Assembly: GCA_041946805.1 (NCBI GenBank)
Contig: JBHGBC010000031.1
Location: 1-44,187 of the forward strand
DNA length: 44,187 nucleotides
Source of the DNA: a bacterium
Lineage (GTDB): Bacteria; Hinthialibacterota; Hinthialibacteria; Hinthialibacterales; Hinthialibacteraceae
Direction: 5' to 3'
In this document: positions 8,681-19,429 of the stretch, piece by piece
How positions within the stretch are numbered: position 1 is the stretch's first letter
Layout: the number at the start of each line of letters is the position of its first letter
Notes under the pieces: generated by a model
What the model saw: the letters and a program-made list of their open reading frames with translations, nothing else
Told to the model about the DNA's origin: nothing
Database searches by the model: none
Program-made: the position numbers and the translations under genes

Positions 8681-10020
8681 TAATAAACCGGAATCTATCA
8701 TTCTTTCTACAAAGCGCAGCGGCTTTATGTTGTTTGCTCCCGGTCCTCACCCAAGGAGCGGAAGAGCGAATCGACTATTCACCCAAGGCGGATGAGCAGC
8801 AGGTTCCCCGGGCGATGCATTCGGCCATGACGGATCCGCCGCGGATCACGGTGGGATTCGCGGACGCCGATTTGATTGGGAAAGACAACCGGGCGTTGCA
8901 GGCGGCGGTGGATTACATCGCCGGGCTGGGCGGCGGCGTGGTGGAAATCGGCGAAGGCGTGTACACCATGCGCGATTCCCTGCACCTGCGGCCGTTCGTG
9001 ACCGTGCGGGGCGTCCCCGGCAAAACCGTGTTGCGCAAGGCGGACAGCGCGGTTTCACCCCTGGGGCTGGACGGCGATTTCGGGGAAGAGCAGCTCACCC
9101 TGGTGAATCCGGAGGGATTCGAACCGGGATACGGCATTGCCGTCTGGGATTCGCAGGCCGGCGGTTTTCACGTGACCGTGGGACGGATCACGGGACGGAA
9201 GGGGAACACGGTCTCGATCGACATGCCATGTATGGCCGATTACATGGTGGAGAACCAGGCGCAGGCGGCCACCGTGTTTCCCGTGGTCAGCGGATACAAC
9301 CTGGAGGGCGCGCGGGTGGAGAGCCTGGTGATCGACGGGAACAAGGATCACAACGTTCCTCTGAACGGATGCCGGGGCGCGGGGATATTTCTCTACCGCG
9401 GCTTCGGGACGGTGATCCAGAATTGCGCGATACGGAATTACAACGGGGACGGCATCAGTTTTCAGCAATCGAACGATGTCCAGGTGCTCGATTGCGTGAG
9501 TGAAAACAACGCCGTTTTGGGGATCCATCCCGGCAGCGGATCGCAGCGCCCCCTGGTGCGGGGCTGCGTGGCCCGGGGGAACGGATCGGACGGCTTGTTC
9601 CTGTGCTGGCGGGTGCGTCATGGCCTGTTCGAGGAGAACGTGCTGGAAGAGAACGGGCAGTTTGGCATCTCCATCGGCCACAAGGACAGCGACAACGTGC
9701 TGCGCAAGAACATCGTGCGGCTCAACCAGCATGACGGCGTCTTCTTCCGGAACGAATCGTTGGGCATGGCCGGGCACCGCAACCGCCTGGAAGAGAATCT
9801 CATCGAAAATAACGGGACGAAGGAAGGCGGCGCGGGCATCCGCATCCGGGGTGAAACCAACGGCCTCGAATTCGTAAAAAACATCATCCGGGACACCCGC
9901 CCGGCCGGTAAACAAACCCAGACCGTGGGCATCAAGATCGAGGAAAAAGCGGGAGACGTGAGACTTCAAGACAACGAGTTGGAAGCCCAGGAGGCGATTG
10001 CCGATCTGCGGGAGAAGTGA
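8677..10020 (+). CDS. Right-handed parallel beta-helix repeat (pectin-lyase-like) protein
   Basis: ALQAAVD...GGGVVEIGEGVY opening and repeated N...GI beta-helix turns; ATGA overlap with the upstream gene. Confidence 0.85.
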   Translation: MIINRNLSFFLQSAAALCCLLPVLTQGAEERIDYSPKADEQQVPRAMHSAMTDPPRITVGFADADLIGKDNRALQAAVDYIAGLGGGVVEIGEGVYTMRDSLHLRPFVTVRGVPGKTVLRKADSAVSPLGLDGDFGEEQLTLVNPEGFEPGYGIAVWDSQAGGFHVTVGRITGRKGNTVSIDMPCMADYMVENQAQAATVFPVVSGYNLEGARVESLVIDGNKDHNVPLNGCRGAGIFLYRGFGTVIQNCAIRNYNGDGISFQQSNDVQVLDCVSENNAVLGIHPGSGSQRPLVRGCVARGNGSDGLFLCWRVRHGLFEENVLEENGQFGISIGHKDSDNVLRKNIVRLNQHDGVFFRNESLGMAGHRNRLEENLIENNGTKEGGAGIRIRGETNGLEFVKNIIRDTRPAGKQTQTVGIKIEEKAGDVRLQDNELEAQEAIADLREK

Positions 10021-10271
10021 AAAAAAGTACAATTGAGGGAGTGCATCCATTTACCCGATTGCACAGGTTTAGAGGAAGATTTGCGCTCTGCCACGGCTTC
10101 CCTCACCCCGGCCCTTTCCCAGGAGGAGAGGGAGCAGTAAGTCTACCGTCATCGCGAACAGAAACGTGAATAGGAAAATGGATCACGAGGCTCCCGCCAA
10201 ACCAAAAATTGACGTTGGACTCTTCGTTGATATCCGGCTCACCAGGAGGTTCGCCCTACCGGATTGCAAAC

Positions 10272-10396
10272 CCCTCTCCCTCTGGGCGAGGGCCCAGGTG
10301 AGGGTATTTTTTATAGGGGCGGCCTGGGTTCCGCCCTCATCCTGTAAGGAATGAAATCGATTTTACCTCATTAGGCACGCTCTTCCCGGATGGTCC
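10272..10396 (-). mobile_element. MITE subfamily B, left half only
   Basis: Colinear with 43365-43490: hairpin, GGGCGG..CCGCCC module, AATCGATTTTACCTCAT, degenerate TIR. Confidence 0.7.
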
Positions 10397-10406
10397 TAAT
10401 TTACTC

Positions 10407-12176
10407 TTATTTCAACTCCACCATCCCCCACAATCCCAAATTCTCCAACGTGAACAAATACGAACCGCCTTCTTTCTTCAACTCGATCTCCCGGCTTTCC
10501 GTTTTCGGCTCGTGCAGGACCGCGGACTGAAGCGCTCTCCCGCCAGTGGCTTTTTTGAACAAATCTTCCCGCAAGTTCAATCGAATCGTGACCGGTGCGG
10601 CGGTGTCTTTTTGGACATCGTAATTTTGATTCAGGACATGGCACACGACGGGCGCGTCATTTCGATCCGGATTGTACCGCAGCGACACGGCGATCCGCTC
10701 CGCGCCGTCAACCGATACGGATTGTTTGATTTCGGCGGGACACTCGGACAAGCCGTTCCAAGCGAGATAGCGGGTTCTCTCCACTTGGGGGAGATTATCA
10801 CTTTGGGACGTGATGACGGATTCATAGCGGAACAATTGATGAATCAATTCGTCTTCATTCTCTTGCGTATTCGATACATAGATCAGATCGTGCGGAATAT
10901 TGGCCCGCGTGAGTTCACCGGCGGCGTCCTCCATGGCGTTGAAACCGGAGTCCGTGCACAAAACGGCCGTATTCGCCAAGGAGTTATAGCCGTCCAGCAA
11001 GGCGCGGTTTTCGCGGACGAATTGATACAGATCGGCGAAATCTTCCGGCTTCCCGTTCCACCAGTGAGTGCCCAATTCTTGTGTATAGCACCATTGGCGA
11101 TGCGGGACCATGAAGACGCTGCCGTGGGCGTAGGCCTGGGCAATCCAGGTACGGACCAGGCCCGGTTTTTCGTGCGCCTTGATCCAGGCCCAATCCTGGC
11201 CGGAGGCGGTGGCGGTTTGGCGCCTGCCTGCCGCTTCGACCAACCGGTACACGAACACGGGGCCGCGCGACACTTGTTCCGATGCGGCCTGATGAGACAC
11301 CTCGCCGCAGAAATAATCGATGATGGGCGCGGGCAGCAGGGTCCGGGGCGAACCGGCATGCGAATTGACGCTGCGCAGCAGCGGCCGTCCGCGCAGCTGC
11401 TCGGCGTATTCAAACGTGGCGCGGATGCGTTCCTGCATGCACTCGTTTTGATAATCCTGGAACTCGGTTACCAAAGGGCATTGCCAGTGCTGCCGGCGGT
11501 ATTGTTCGTTGGTTACGCCCTTGGATTTCAAGAAGGCCTGGTAGTCGAACGAATCGGCATCGCTGATTCCCTTCTCTTTCAACTCTTCGCTGGAAAAACG
11601 TTTTTTCAAGTAGCCGCGGAATCCCTCCATGCACACCGGGCAGAAACAGCCTCCGTTGTAATCGGAACAGGCCGACGTTCCGCTGTAGTCGTCGATGTGC
11701 AAACCATCGATCGGGGCCAGGCAGGCGCGTTCCACCTGATCGCGGATGTAGGCCTGGTGATCGGGATTATTGGTGCAGAACCAATACGAGGGATGACCCT
11801 TGTGCTTGTGATCCCACAGCCAGGGAACGCGCAGGGGATTGCCGTCCAGGCCGCGGCAGACGGCGTCCATGAAGCGTTCAGGATTGAAGTCGATGTATCC
11901 CGCGAAATCGACCAGGTAATCCACGCTGCCGCAGTATTTCATCCCGTGGTTATGCGCTTCTTCCACCCGCTTCCGAAAGTTCTCCACGTCTTTCGCATCA
12001 CGGCTGCGGGAGCGGCCGCCCCAGCCGGTGACGGTGCCTTGATAGGTATCGTACTGGCCGGGATCGTTCGGCACATACATGAAGACCACATCGCTGGCTT
12101 GAATCACCGGCCGTTCCTGGGCCAGACCCAACGGCGCGGCCAGACAAAGGCAGAGGCTGATTCGATACAACCACAT
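10407..12176 (-). CDS. Exported hypothetical protein, glycoside-hydrolase-like
   Basis: Signal peptide MWLYRISLCLCLAAPLGLA; DGLHIDD and CFCPVC..GFR.YL motifs typical of GH-like TIM barrels. Confidence 0.7.
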   Translation of the reverse strand: MWLYRISLCLCLAAPLGLAQERPVIQASDVVFMYVPNDPGQYDTYQGTVTGWGGRSRSRDAKDVENFRKRVEEAHNHGMKYCGSVDYLVDFAGYIDFNPERFMDAVCRGLDGNPLRVPWLWDHKHKGHPSYWFCTNNPDHQAYIRDQVERACLAPIDGLHIDDYSGTSACSDYNGGCFCPVCMEGFRGYLKKRFSSEELKEKGISDADSFDYQAFLKSKGVTNEQYRRQHWQCPLVTEFQDYQNECMQERIRATFEYAEQLRGRPLLRSVNSHAGSPRTLLPAPIIDYFCGEVSHQAASEQVSRGPVFVYRLVEAAGRRQTATASGQDWAWIKAHEKPGLVRTWIAQAYAHGSVFMVPHRQWCYTQELGTHWWNGKPEDFADLYQFVRENRALLDGYNSLANTAVLCTDSGFNAMEDAAGELTRANIPHDLIYVSNTQENEDELIHQLFRYESVITSQSDNLPQVERTRYLAWNGLSECPAEIKQSVSVDGAERIAVSLRYNPDRNDAPVVCHVLNQNYDVQKDTAAPVTIRLNLREDLFKKATGGRALQSAVLHEPKTESREIELKKEGGSYLFTLENLGLWGMVELK

Positions 12177-12596
12177 GACGAGTTTCCTTTCTTCACAAAT
12201 TCGATCATCGCCTGGCATCGATATTTATCCATAAATCCACCGGGGATGTCATCCCCGCGAAGACGAGCATCGTGGATAAAGATCCCGAAGGGATCTATTG
12301 TGATAGCCGTGGGCGACAGCCTACGGTTGCGCGAGGAAAAAAAGGACCAACCCGGCAAGGGTTGAACGTATAATCATTCAACCCCGTTGGGGTTGATCTT
12401 CGATTTTACGGTACCGGGGGTTGTCACCCCCGGCTATTCACCTTGGACCCTGCGGGTCGGCTACTTATTTCACTCTCCATTGTTGAACACATTCCACCGG
12501 AGATGAAGCGGGAGAATGATCTCACGCATTCTAGTCACGCTAAGAGGGGTGTGGTACAGTGAAAACCATTCCAAGGATGAACGGGGAGGAGACTAC

Positions 12597-13976
12597 ATGA
12601 CCGCTGAGACTCGACGTCATTTTATAAAAAGCACAGTGACAGGACTGCTGGGAGCCGGGCTTGGAATCACAAACCGCCCGGTGCTGGCGCAGATTCCCGG
12701 CGAACGGCCGGAACCGGTGAACGGCATAAAAGTCATCAATCCCCGCGCCCGCGTTCCCCTCAGTTTTATCATCGATGATTCGACCTGCCTGGTGAACATG
12801 GCGCATTTCGCCATCCCGCAATTCGCCGAAGTGTTCCCGGATCAATATAAACAACCATGGAAATCGCTTCCGCGGGAGATTCCCGACGCGTTCGTGCGGA
12901 AATTCGCCGATTGGTGCCGGGACGTGGGAGTGAAGGGCAAGTATAGCGTGGTTCCCTACCCTTCCTGTGTCGGTTGGCTGGACCGGGATTTGCCGGGCTG
13001 GTCGAAGCGGGAATTGCTGGACAGCCTTCACCTCGTCCGCGCCGAGCTGCCCTCCAATTGGGATTTCCATCCCGAAATGATCAGCCACACCTGGGTCATC
13101 GACACCAAGACCGGCCGCTCGTACCCCGAACGCAACGAAAATTTCATGGAGAACTGGGGCTGGTCGGCGGGGAAATCGGTGGACCAACTGGCTGATTACA
13201 TGGCCTATGCCCTGCGGATCTTGAAGAACGTGGAAATCCCCTGCGAGGGCATCACCACCCCGGGCGGATTCGGAAGCCGGGCGCGGCCCGAATTGGCGCA
13301 GGCCACGCTCGAAGCCTGCCGCGATGTGTTCCAAGCGGAAATCCCTCATTATTTCCGGGACCTGTTCACGGATGAAACATCCGTCGCCCCGCGGGTGGAA
13401 TACGCCTCCGGCCTGGACGGCCCGGATCCGAAATGCGCCGTGTCGATCATCGGTTGCACGGGCGATTGGTTCGGCGGATGGGACGGTCTGACGCCCGGCT
13501 CGGTGGACCTGCTGATCACGCCGGATCTCGAGGGCGGACGGATGCCGGAAGTGATCCGGCGGGGCGAGCCGGCCATCATGGTCTGCCATTGGCCGGGGAT
13601 TTATTTCAATGGGCTGGAACTGGGATTCAACATCCTTAAGGAAGCCGTGAAGCGGTTGCATGAAGGATACGACAACCTGGTGTGGATGAAACTCAGCGAG
13701 ATCGCCCGCTACTGGGCCGCCAAGGAACTGACCCGCATCTCGCGCAACGGGAACGAAATCCGGTTCCAGGCCCCCTACGCGTGTCCGGAATTCACGGTGG
13801 CTATCCAAGTCACCGCGCCTCAGGTTCCCAAATTGAAAATCCAAGAGCCAATGATTGAATTGAATGAGGTATCCCACTCCCTCCGGTTGAAGCGATCCAC
13901 CTGGACCCGGCGGGAGAACGAGGTCCTGGTGTGTTTTGATTTGCCCAAGGGGGAATCCACGTTGACGCTGGTTTGA
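12597..13976 (+). CDS. Tat-exported hypothetical protein, possibly polysaccharide-deacetylase-like
   Basis: TRRHFIK twin-arginine motif; SFIIDDS, HPEM.SH, TTPGGFG, CHWPG; GGAGAG RBS. Confidence 0.7.
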   Translation: MTAETRRHFIKSTVTGLLGAGLGITNRPVLAQIPGERPEPVNGIKVINPRARVPLSFIIDDSTCLVNMAHFAIPQFAEVFPDQYKQPWKSLPREIPDAFVRKFADWCRDVGVKGKYSVVPYPSCVGWLDRDLPGWSKRELLDSLHLVRAELPSNWDFHPEMISHTWVIDTKTGRSYPERNENFMENWGWSAGKSVDQLADYMAYALRILKNVEIPCEGITTPGGFGSRARPELAQATLEACRDVFQAEIPHYFRDLFTDETSVAPRVEYASGLDGPDPKCAVSIIGCTGDWFGGWDGLTPGSVDLLITPDLEGGRMPEVIRRGEPAIMVCHWPGIYFNGLELGFNILKEAVKRLHEGYDNLVWMKLSEIARYWAAKELTRISRNGNEIRFQAPYACPEFTVAIQVTAPQVPKLKIQEPMIELNEVSHSLRLKRSTWTRRENEVLVCFDLPKGESTLTLV

Positions 13977-14162
13977 TAAAAAAACGACACGTTTTTTTCT
14001 TCTTCGCCCATGGGGAGAGGGCTGGGGTGAGGGGCTGTAAATAAACGGCTTTCCTTGACCCTGATCCTGACCCTCACCCGAACCCTCTCCCAAGGGAGAG
14101 GGGATTTGCAGATTATTCCTGAACGCACCTTAAATCATTCATGTATCGAAAGGAGACCAATA

Positions 14163-15359
14163 ATGAACCAAGCAAACAACCATCCCGTAACCCGGCGGAG
14201 TTTTTTGCAGGATACCACCACGGCCGCGGCGGGCATATCGGCCTTCACGATCTTGAAACCCCATCAAGTGTTCGCGGCCGAGGCCAACTCGATGATCCAG
14301 ATGGGCATCATCGGGACGGGGGGACGGGGCAGTTTCGATGGGCGGAACCTGGTGCAGACCAACAAGGTGAAAGTGGTGGCGCTGGCCGATTATTTCGATT
14401 TTCAGATGAAAGAACCAGCCATCCAGTTCGACGTCAAGCCGGAACGGTGTTTTGCCGGGATCGATGGGTACAAGCCATTGCTGGCTCTCGAGGACGTGGA
14501 CGCCGTCTTGATTACCGCCGCGCCCTATTTCCGCCCGATGCAGTGCGAGGACGCCATCGAGTCGGGCAAACATGTCTTTGCTGAAAAGCCGATCGCCGTG
14601 GACGCTTGGGGATGCCGGAAATTCATGGAAGCCGGCAAAAAGGCAGCGGAGAGGAAACTGACCGTGGGCGCGGGCTTGCAGTCGCGTTACGACGAAGGGC
14701 GGCAAAAGATCGCCCGGATGATCCACGAGGGGGCCATCGGCCAGCCGCTGGTGGGGCATTCCACCCGCATGGGTAGTGATTTGTGGCGCAAACCACGGCC
14801 GGCGCATTTCACGGAGCGGGATTTCCAGGTCCAGCATTGGCTGTATTACAAATGGGCGTCCGGCGATTTCATCGTCGAGATGCACATCCATAACCTGGAT
14901 GTGTTCAACTGGTTCACCGGCATGCTGCCGGTCAGCGCCACGGGCACGGGCGGCCGCAAAGTGCGTTTGGATGTAGGAGACATCTTCGATCACATCCAGG
15001 TTTTGTATGAATATCCCAACGGATTCAGTTTGTCCCACACGGGAACCCAAATCGATCCGGGCTATCAAGGTTCGGAAAAGCAGATCATAGGCACGCAGGG
15101 GTATTACGATGAACGCAAGGGCCTGGTGCGCAAAGGCGAGGAACCGGTGACCCACGGGGACATCCGCGATTCCACGCTCGTGGAGATGCAGCGTTTCACG
15201 GCCAGCGTATTAGGAGAAGGACCGTACATCAACAACAGCGATTACGTTTCCACCAGCACATTCACGTGCGTGCTCGGCCGGGAAGCGGCCCTCCGGCGGG
15301 AGAAGGTGACCTGGGACGAATTGTGGAATTCCAACTTCCGCATCGAGATGCCGGTGTGA
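14163..15359 (+). CDS. Gfo/Idh/MocA family oxidoreductase (Tat signal)
   Basis: TRRSFL; GIIGTGGRG; GKHVFAEKPIA; EMHIHNLD; AAGGAG RBS. Confidence 0.92.
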   Translation: MNQANNHPVTRRSFLQDTTTAAAGISAFTILKPHQVFAAEANSMIQMGIIGTGGRGSFDGRNLVQTNKVKVVALADYFDFQMKEPAIQFDVKPERCFAGIDGYKPLLALEDVDAVLITAAPYFRPMQCEDAIESGKHVFAEKPIAVDAWGCRKFMEAGKKAAERKLTVGAGLQSRYDEGRQKIARMIHEGAIGQPLVGHSTRMGSDLWRKPRPAHFTERDFQVQHWLYYKWASGDFIVEMHIHNLDVFNWFTGMLPVSATGTGGRKVRLDVGDIFDHIQVLYEYPNGFSLSHTGTQIDPGYQGSEKQIIGTQGYYDERKGLVRKGEEPVTHGDIRDSTLVEMQRFTASVLGEGPYINNSDYVSTSTFTCVLGREAALRREKVTWDELWNSNFRIEMPV

Positions 15360-15559
15360 AAATGGAATCCGGAGTTTCACAACCAGGAACCATTCCATCG
15401 GGAACAGGCTGGCGGGGCGAGGATCCCGCCAGCCGCGGGGGGCGCGGAGAATGGTTCGAATCCGGATGGTCAAGATGACCAGGATGATCCGGATTGTGAT
15501 GGATTGCGCACTTCGCGCCAACCCATCCTACGTTTAATGCTCTTCCCTTCCGTAGGCTT

Positions 15560-18178
15560 TTATTTTCCATATTTCTTCCTGCGAGCCTGAATTATTTCCA
15601 CGGCCTCGAGGAACGGGCGTTCAAGGTAGGCCAGATGATCCGCTTCGCCATGGTGATGCGTGATCCTGTCCGGAGGATATTGGCGGCAACGGGTCCGGAG
15701 GTATTCCAAACCGCCATGAATGAGGGTCAGCATGTATTGCGCCGTCTCCTCGTTGTGCATCCACCATTCGCCGCCCACGGAAACATAGATGGGCGAGGTA
15801 TGCGCCATGATGCCCCGCCGCCAGCCGTCATGATGCGGCAGGTACTGGGCGAATCCCGGACCGCTGACCCGCGCCGCCAGCCACGAGTGATGATCCACGG
15901 ACAGCGAGGCCTTCAGCCGCAGCCGGTTCGCTCCCTTGGATTCTTCGGTCGATGCCACCACCCGGCCTTCCTGGACGATTTCGAGGGTGTGAATGGGGAA
16001 GATACTGTCGGCTTCCACGGCGGCTTCCACCGTGCCGCCGTGGCCGGGCAAGGCAAGGGTATCGCCCACCATGCGGCCGTTCACCGTGAAGCGCAGGATG
16101 GGCCCGCCGCTCAACACCGTCCGGCCCCGGCGCAGATTGAGGCACCAGTTCTCGTAGGTGAATTCCTCCTCGGGCGGGATGTACACATACGTGCGGTAAA
16201 TGCCAACTGGAACGTCAGCGGACATCTTATCGGTTCCGCCCACGAGGGGCACCCGGCAGCCGGCATTCAGGTAGCGGTAGTATTCGGCATGCACGTACAT
16301 TTCATGACGGGTCATTTCCAAACCGTCCACACGGGAGGCCGCGATCAACGCGGCGATTTCGCAGTTGGGGGTGGGCATGTGCGGGACCACCACGGTTCCC
16401 CCCTGCTGATGGCACGCGTCCGCCCAATGGCTGAGCGTGGTTTCCAGGCTCCCGCCTTGTTCGGCTTCCGCGGGGCCGTCCGTGCACCAGGGCATCACGG
16501 GATGCTTCAGCCCCAGCAAGCTCAGGTGGCCCAAGATGTGCTGGCGGTTTTCCTGGGAGGCGTACACCACGGTGCGCCCGTCGTCCGTATAGAGAGGACG
16601 GCCGATAAATTCCTCGGTGTTGGTGAAAAGGTGCCCCCATTGGGACTGCAGCAGGTTCACCACATTGAGGTCCTCACCCCGCGCCTCGAGCTGCGCGCCC
16701 ACGCTGGATAGAAAATGGACATGCGTATCCCCGCTGAACCAACGCTCATGATTCATATTTGTCATCCGCTGGATCCGCAAGGTCAGTTCGCGTTGTCCCG
16801 GCTGAATTGTCACTGGGGCGCGCAGGGGCTGGTATTCGAATCCCTTCGCCACGTCCACCAGCACTTCGCCCCGGGGCAGCCATCCCTGGCAGGTCCCGTC
16901 GATGTAGGCGTACGTGACATGCCCCAGCCGGAGATCACCGCCGTTGTCGATATGCCAGGTGCCCATATCCGAGAGCAGATGATCGTGATGGCCGTGCGGC
17001 TGGTAGGGAACGCCTTCCGGTGAACGGAAATGGACCCGGCAGGGAACAGGCTTCCCGGTTTCCCCGTCCACGACCGTCACATGCACCCAGTTCTTTCCCC
17101 GGTCCACCAGTTCCACGCGGACTTTCCCCGTTTCGACCGCCTTTTTCTCCAGAACGTCGTTCCAAGCGAGGGACTCGATTTCCTCTTCCCCATGTTTCAG
17201 ACGGATCGTGGCGGAGGGCAGCGCCGCAATTTCCACGTAGGCCGGACTGTTGCGGGAATTGTAATCCTGCCCCCAGCCCTTCATGGCGTCATCCTGAAAC
17301 TCTTGGGCTGATCCGGCGGGCAAGGGATAGGGATAGGTGACCGATCCCCGATCGACTTCAACGGACAGGCCGAACGGTTGAGCGGCCGTCTCCTGATCCT
17401 TCAGCGTGATGGTAACCGGCCGTTTGGGCTCCCGGCCGAAGGGATGCTCTTCCAGGGAGCTGACGGTGACGCCGGCGGCCACAAACCGGCGGTCCATGGG
17501 CTCGATCCGGAGATGCTCGATCCGCTGCTCGGGCCGGGGATTGGACCACGCCCACAGCACAAACCAGCGCGGCGACGCCTGGATCACCTCGGTTTGCCGT
17601 TCGCCGGTATCACCCCAGGGGCCGCTATGCCGGGCCTGCAATCCGTCGTTTTGATCCGCGGCCGCCAGGATGGGCCATTGTCCCCAATCCGAAGGGACGA
17701 CTGAAATTTCGAGGCGTTCGCGAATGGGGACGGTCACGGTTTGTTGGCCGTCGTATTGAAAAACATAATTGGCGATCAGCCGCCCGGCGGTTTCTCCCGC
17801 GTGGATGCGCGATTCCAGCAGCCGGTGCGCGACGATCACCCACCGGGCCTGGCGTTGGATGGGGATCACGACCGGTTCGTGGTAGCCATCCGGTCCAAAA
17901 TACAACAGGGATGGATCTTCGGGTGTATCGGGACCGATCTGAAACGGCAATCCCCGCAGCAGCCGGCGGCCCCGGGGGAATTTCGCGGGTGGAGCGATCA
18001 ATTCCGGTTTCCCGTTGCACAGGGTGGACAAATCGAGAGGCGTATAACCATTCACCATACCGCGTTCATTCATAGGTTTCTCATTTCCTGCTTGGATTGA
18101 TTGAGGTTTATTCAACACCGTGGCAGCCGCGAGCGAAGCGGCGGATTCTCGCAGAAACTCGCGCCGGGTATGTTTCAT
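15560..18178 (-). CDS. CehA/McbA-family (PHP-like) metallohydrolase, Tat signal
   Basis: TRREFLR; W.SGDTHVH, QENR...GHL, GGTVVVPH, YYRYLNAG...GGTDKM, AHTSPIY. Confidence 0.85.
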   Translation of the reverse strand: MKHTRREFLRESAASLAAATVLNKPQSIQAGNEKPMNERGMVNGYTPLDLSTLCNGKPELIAPPAKFPRGRRLLRGLPFQIGPDTPEDPSLLYFGPDGYHEPVVIPIQRQARWVIVAHRLLESRIHAGETAGRLIANYVFQYDGQQTVTVPIRERLEISVVPSDWGQWPILAAADQNDGLQARHSGPWGDTGERQTEVIQASPRWFVLWAWSNPRPEQRIEHLRIEPMDRRFVAAGVTVSSLEEHPFGREPKRPVTITLKDQETAAQPFGLSVEVDRGSVTYPYPLPAGSAQEFQDDAMKGWGQDYNSRNSPAYVEIAALPSATIRLKHGEEEIESLAWNDVLEKKAVETGKVRVELVDRGKNWVHVTVVDGETGKPVPCRVHFRSPEGVPYQPHGHHDHLLSDMGTWHIDNGGDLRLGHVTYAYIDGTCQGWLPRGEVLVDVAKGFEYQPLRAPVTIQPGQRELTLRIQRMTNMNHERWFSGDTHVHFLSSVGAQLEARGEDLNVVNLLQSQWGHLFTNTEEFIGRPLYTDDGRTVVYASQENRQHILGHLSLLGLKHPVMPWCTDGPAEAEQGGSLETTLSHWADACHQQGGTVVVPHMPTPNCEIAALIAASRVDGLEMTRHEMYVHAEYYRYLNAGCRVPLVGGTDKMSADVPVGIYRTYVYIPPEEEFTYENWCLNLRRGRTVLSGGPILRFTVNGRMVGDTLALPGHGGTVEAAVEADSIFPIHTLEIVQEGRVVASTEESKGANRLRLKASLSVDHHSWLAARVSGPGFAQYLPHHDGWRRGIMAHTSPIYVSVGGEWWMHNEETAQYMLTLIHGGLEYLRTRCRQYPPDRITHHHGEADHLAYLERPFLEAVEIIQARRKKYGK

Positions 18179-18232
18179 GAAGATAACTCCCCCCTGATAT
18201 GCGGGATCCACGGATCGATCCCTGAATGAATC

Positions 18233-18835
18233 TCAAATCCCGATAAATACCGGATCACAAGGGAACGACGTTCTAGGCCCGGTCCGGACCAGGTCTCCCT
18301 TGCTGTGCAGGCCATTGGACATGTCATACGGCCAGGCCCGGCCATACGTGTTGGCGTCGCCGTCCGGACCCGCGCCGACCAGAACCCATTCGGAGCAGCG
18401 CATCTTGAAAGTCAAGGACGCATTCTTGCCGTTGTTGATGATGGTCCAGGCGTCCACATAATCATAGGTCACGTAGGCGGGATCGTTCTCCTTGAAAAAC
18501 TGTTCGCCGTAGATCTGGGCCAGAAACGGATCTTGGGGAACCGTGGACATGTAGGCTACCGGCGTGGTCAACGGTATGAGCCGGCGGTTGACGGGATTGA
18601 TATTCACACCGTTGGTGTCGATGAAGGGAGGGTATTTATTGCGGTCGATATGGTATGATTCCAGCGCGGTGTCGATGGTTTTCATCTCCGCCACGCTTTT
18701 GGCGATCTTGGCCCGCAACTGCGCGTTCAAAAAATTGGGCACGGCAATGGCGGCCAAAATTCCGATAATAGCGACGACGATCAACAATTCGATCAGAGTG
18801 AAGGCGGTGGACAAGCCGAGCGTCTTATTCATCAT
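18233..18835 (-). CDS. Prepilin-type N-terminal cleavage/methylation domain protein (pseudopilin-like)
   Basis: AFTLIELLIVVAIIGILAAIAVPNF; C-terminal ..GPD and YD.SNG..S.GD. Confidence 0.9.
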   Translation of the reverse strand: MMNKTLGLSTAFTLIELLIVVAIIGILAAIAVPNFLNAQLRAKIAKSVAEMKTIDTALESYHIDRNKYPPFIDTNGVNINPVNRRLIPLTTPVAYMSTVPQDPFLAQIYGEQFFKENDPAYVTYDYVDAWTIINNGKNASLTFKMRCSEWVLVGAGPDGDANTYGRAWPYDMSNGLHSKGDLVRTGPRTSFPCDPVFIGI

Positions 18836-19019
18836 AGGGGATTCCTTTGCTTTTTGTCGATTTCGATGAACCCGGGAGTCGCCGCTCGATGATGGACTAT
18901 CTTCCCATCGGACATCCCGCTTTGTCAATATGATTTTGGATCGCCGGAATCCACCCCATCCATGCACAGGCCTGCGCGGAGGCACGTAACGACGCGCCCC
19001 GGCTTTACAAAAGTCCTTC

Positions 19020-19215
19020 GTTAATCACACGGAAGAAACGTACGTCCGGGGCGGACACCCTGGTCCGCCCCTAAAAAAAATTCCCTCACCCTGGCGCCGA
19101 TCCCCTCGGTTGGTTCCTAAAGGCTGGGCGGGAAGAGAATTATTTTCCCTTCAGTTTGGAGTCGGGGAATTGAAATACGATTTTCCCCATCCTGTACGCA
19201 CTTACCGGTTAATCC
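19020..19215. mobile_element. Chimeric MITE: B-type arm (+) joined to A-type left arm (-)
   Basis: GGGGCGGACACCCTGGTCCGCCCCT and CCCTCACCCTGG, then the reverse complement of the A interior ending GTACGCACTTACCGGTTAATCC; left boundary approximate. Confidence 0.6.
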
Positions 19216-19429
19216 ACATTTTTTAATAGGGATTGAAAACCGCCTTCTCCATAAAAAACGCTTACGCTTTCTTGAAAATTGTGGTAATTTGGATGCGTGC
19301 GGTCATGGGTCTGGGGCTGAATCGTCAAAAAACTCAATCTCCAGCGGACCGCGCAATGGAGAGGTAACAACGAGAGATCCAATAAACCCTCTTTGAATCA
19401 ATCCCCCCGGGGAAAGGAGTCTTCCCGCC

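Noticed and set aside
10512..12365. 617-aa plus-strand ORF
   Set aside because: Antisense shadow of 10407-12176, which has a signal peptide and enzyme-like motifs; long shadow ORFs are common in GC-rich DNA
12540..14093. 517-aa minus-strand ORF
   Set aside because: Starts inside REP hairpins and shadows the Tat protein gene
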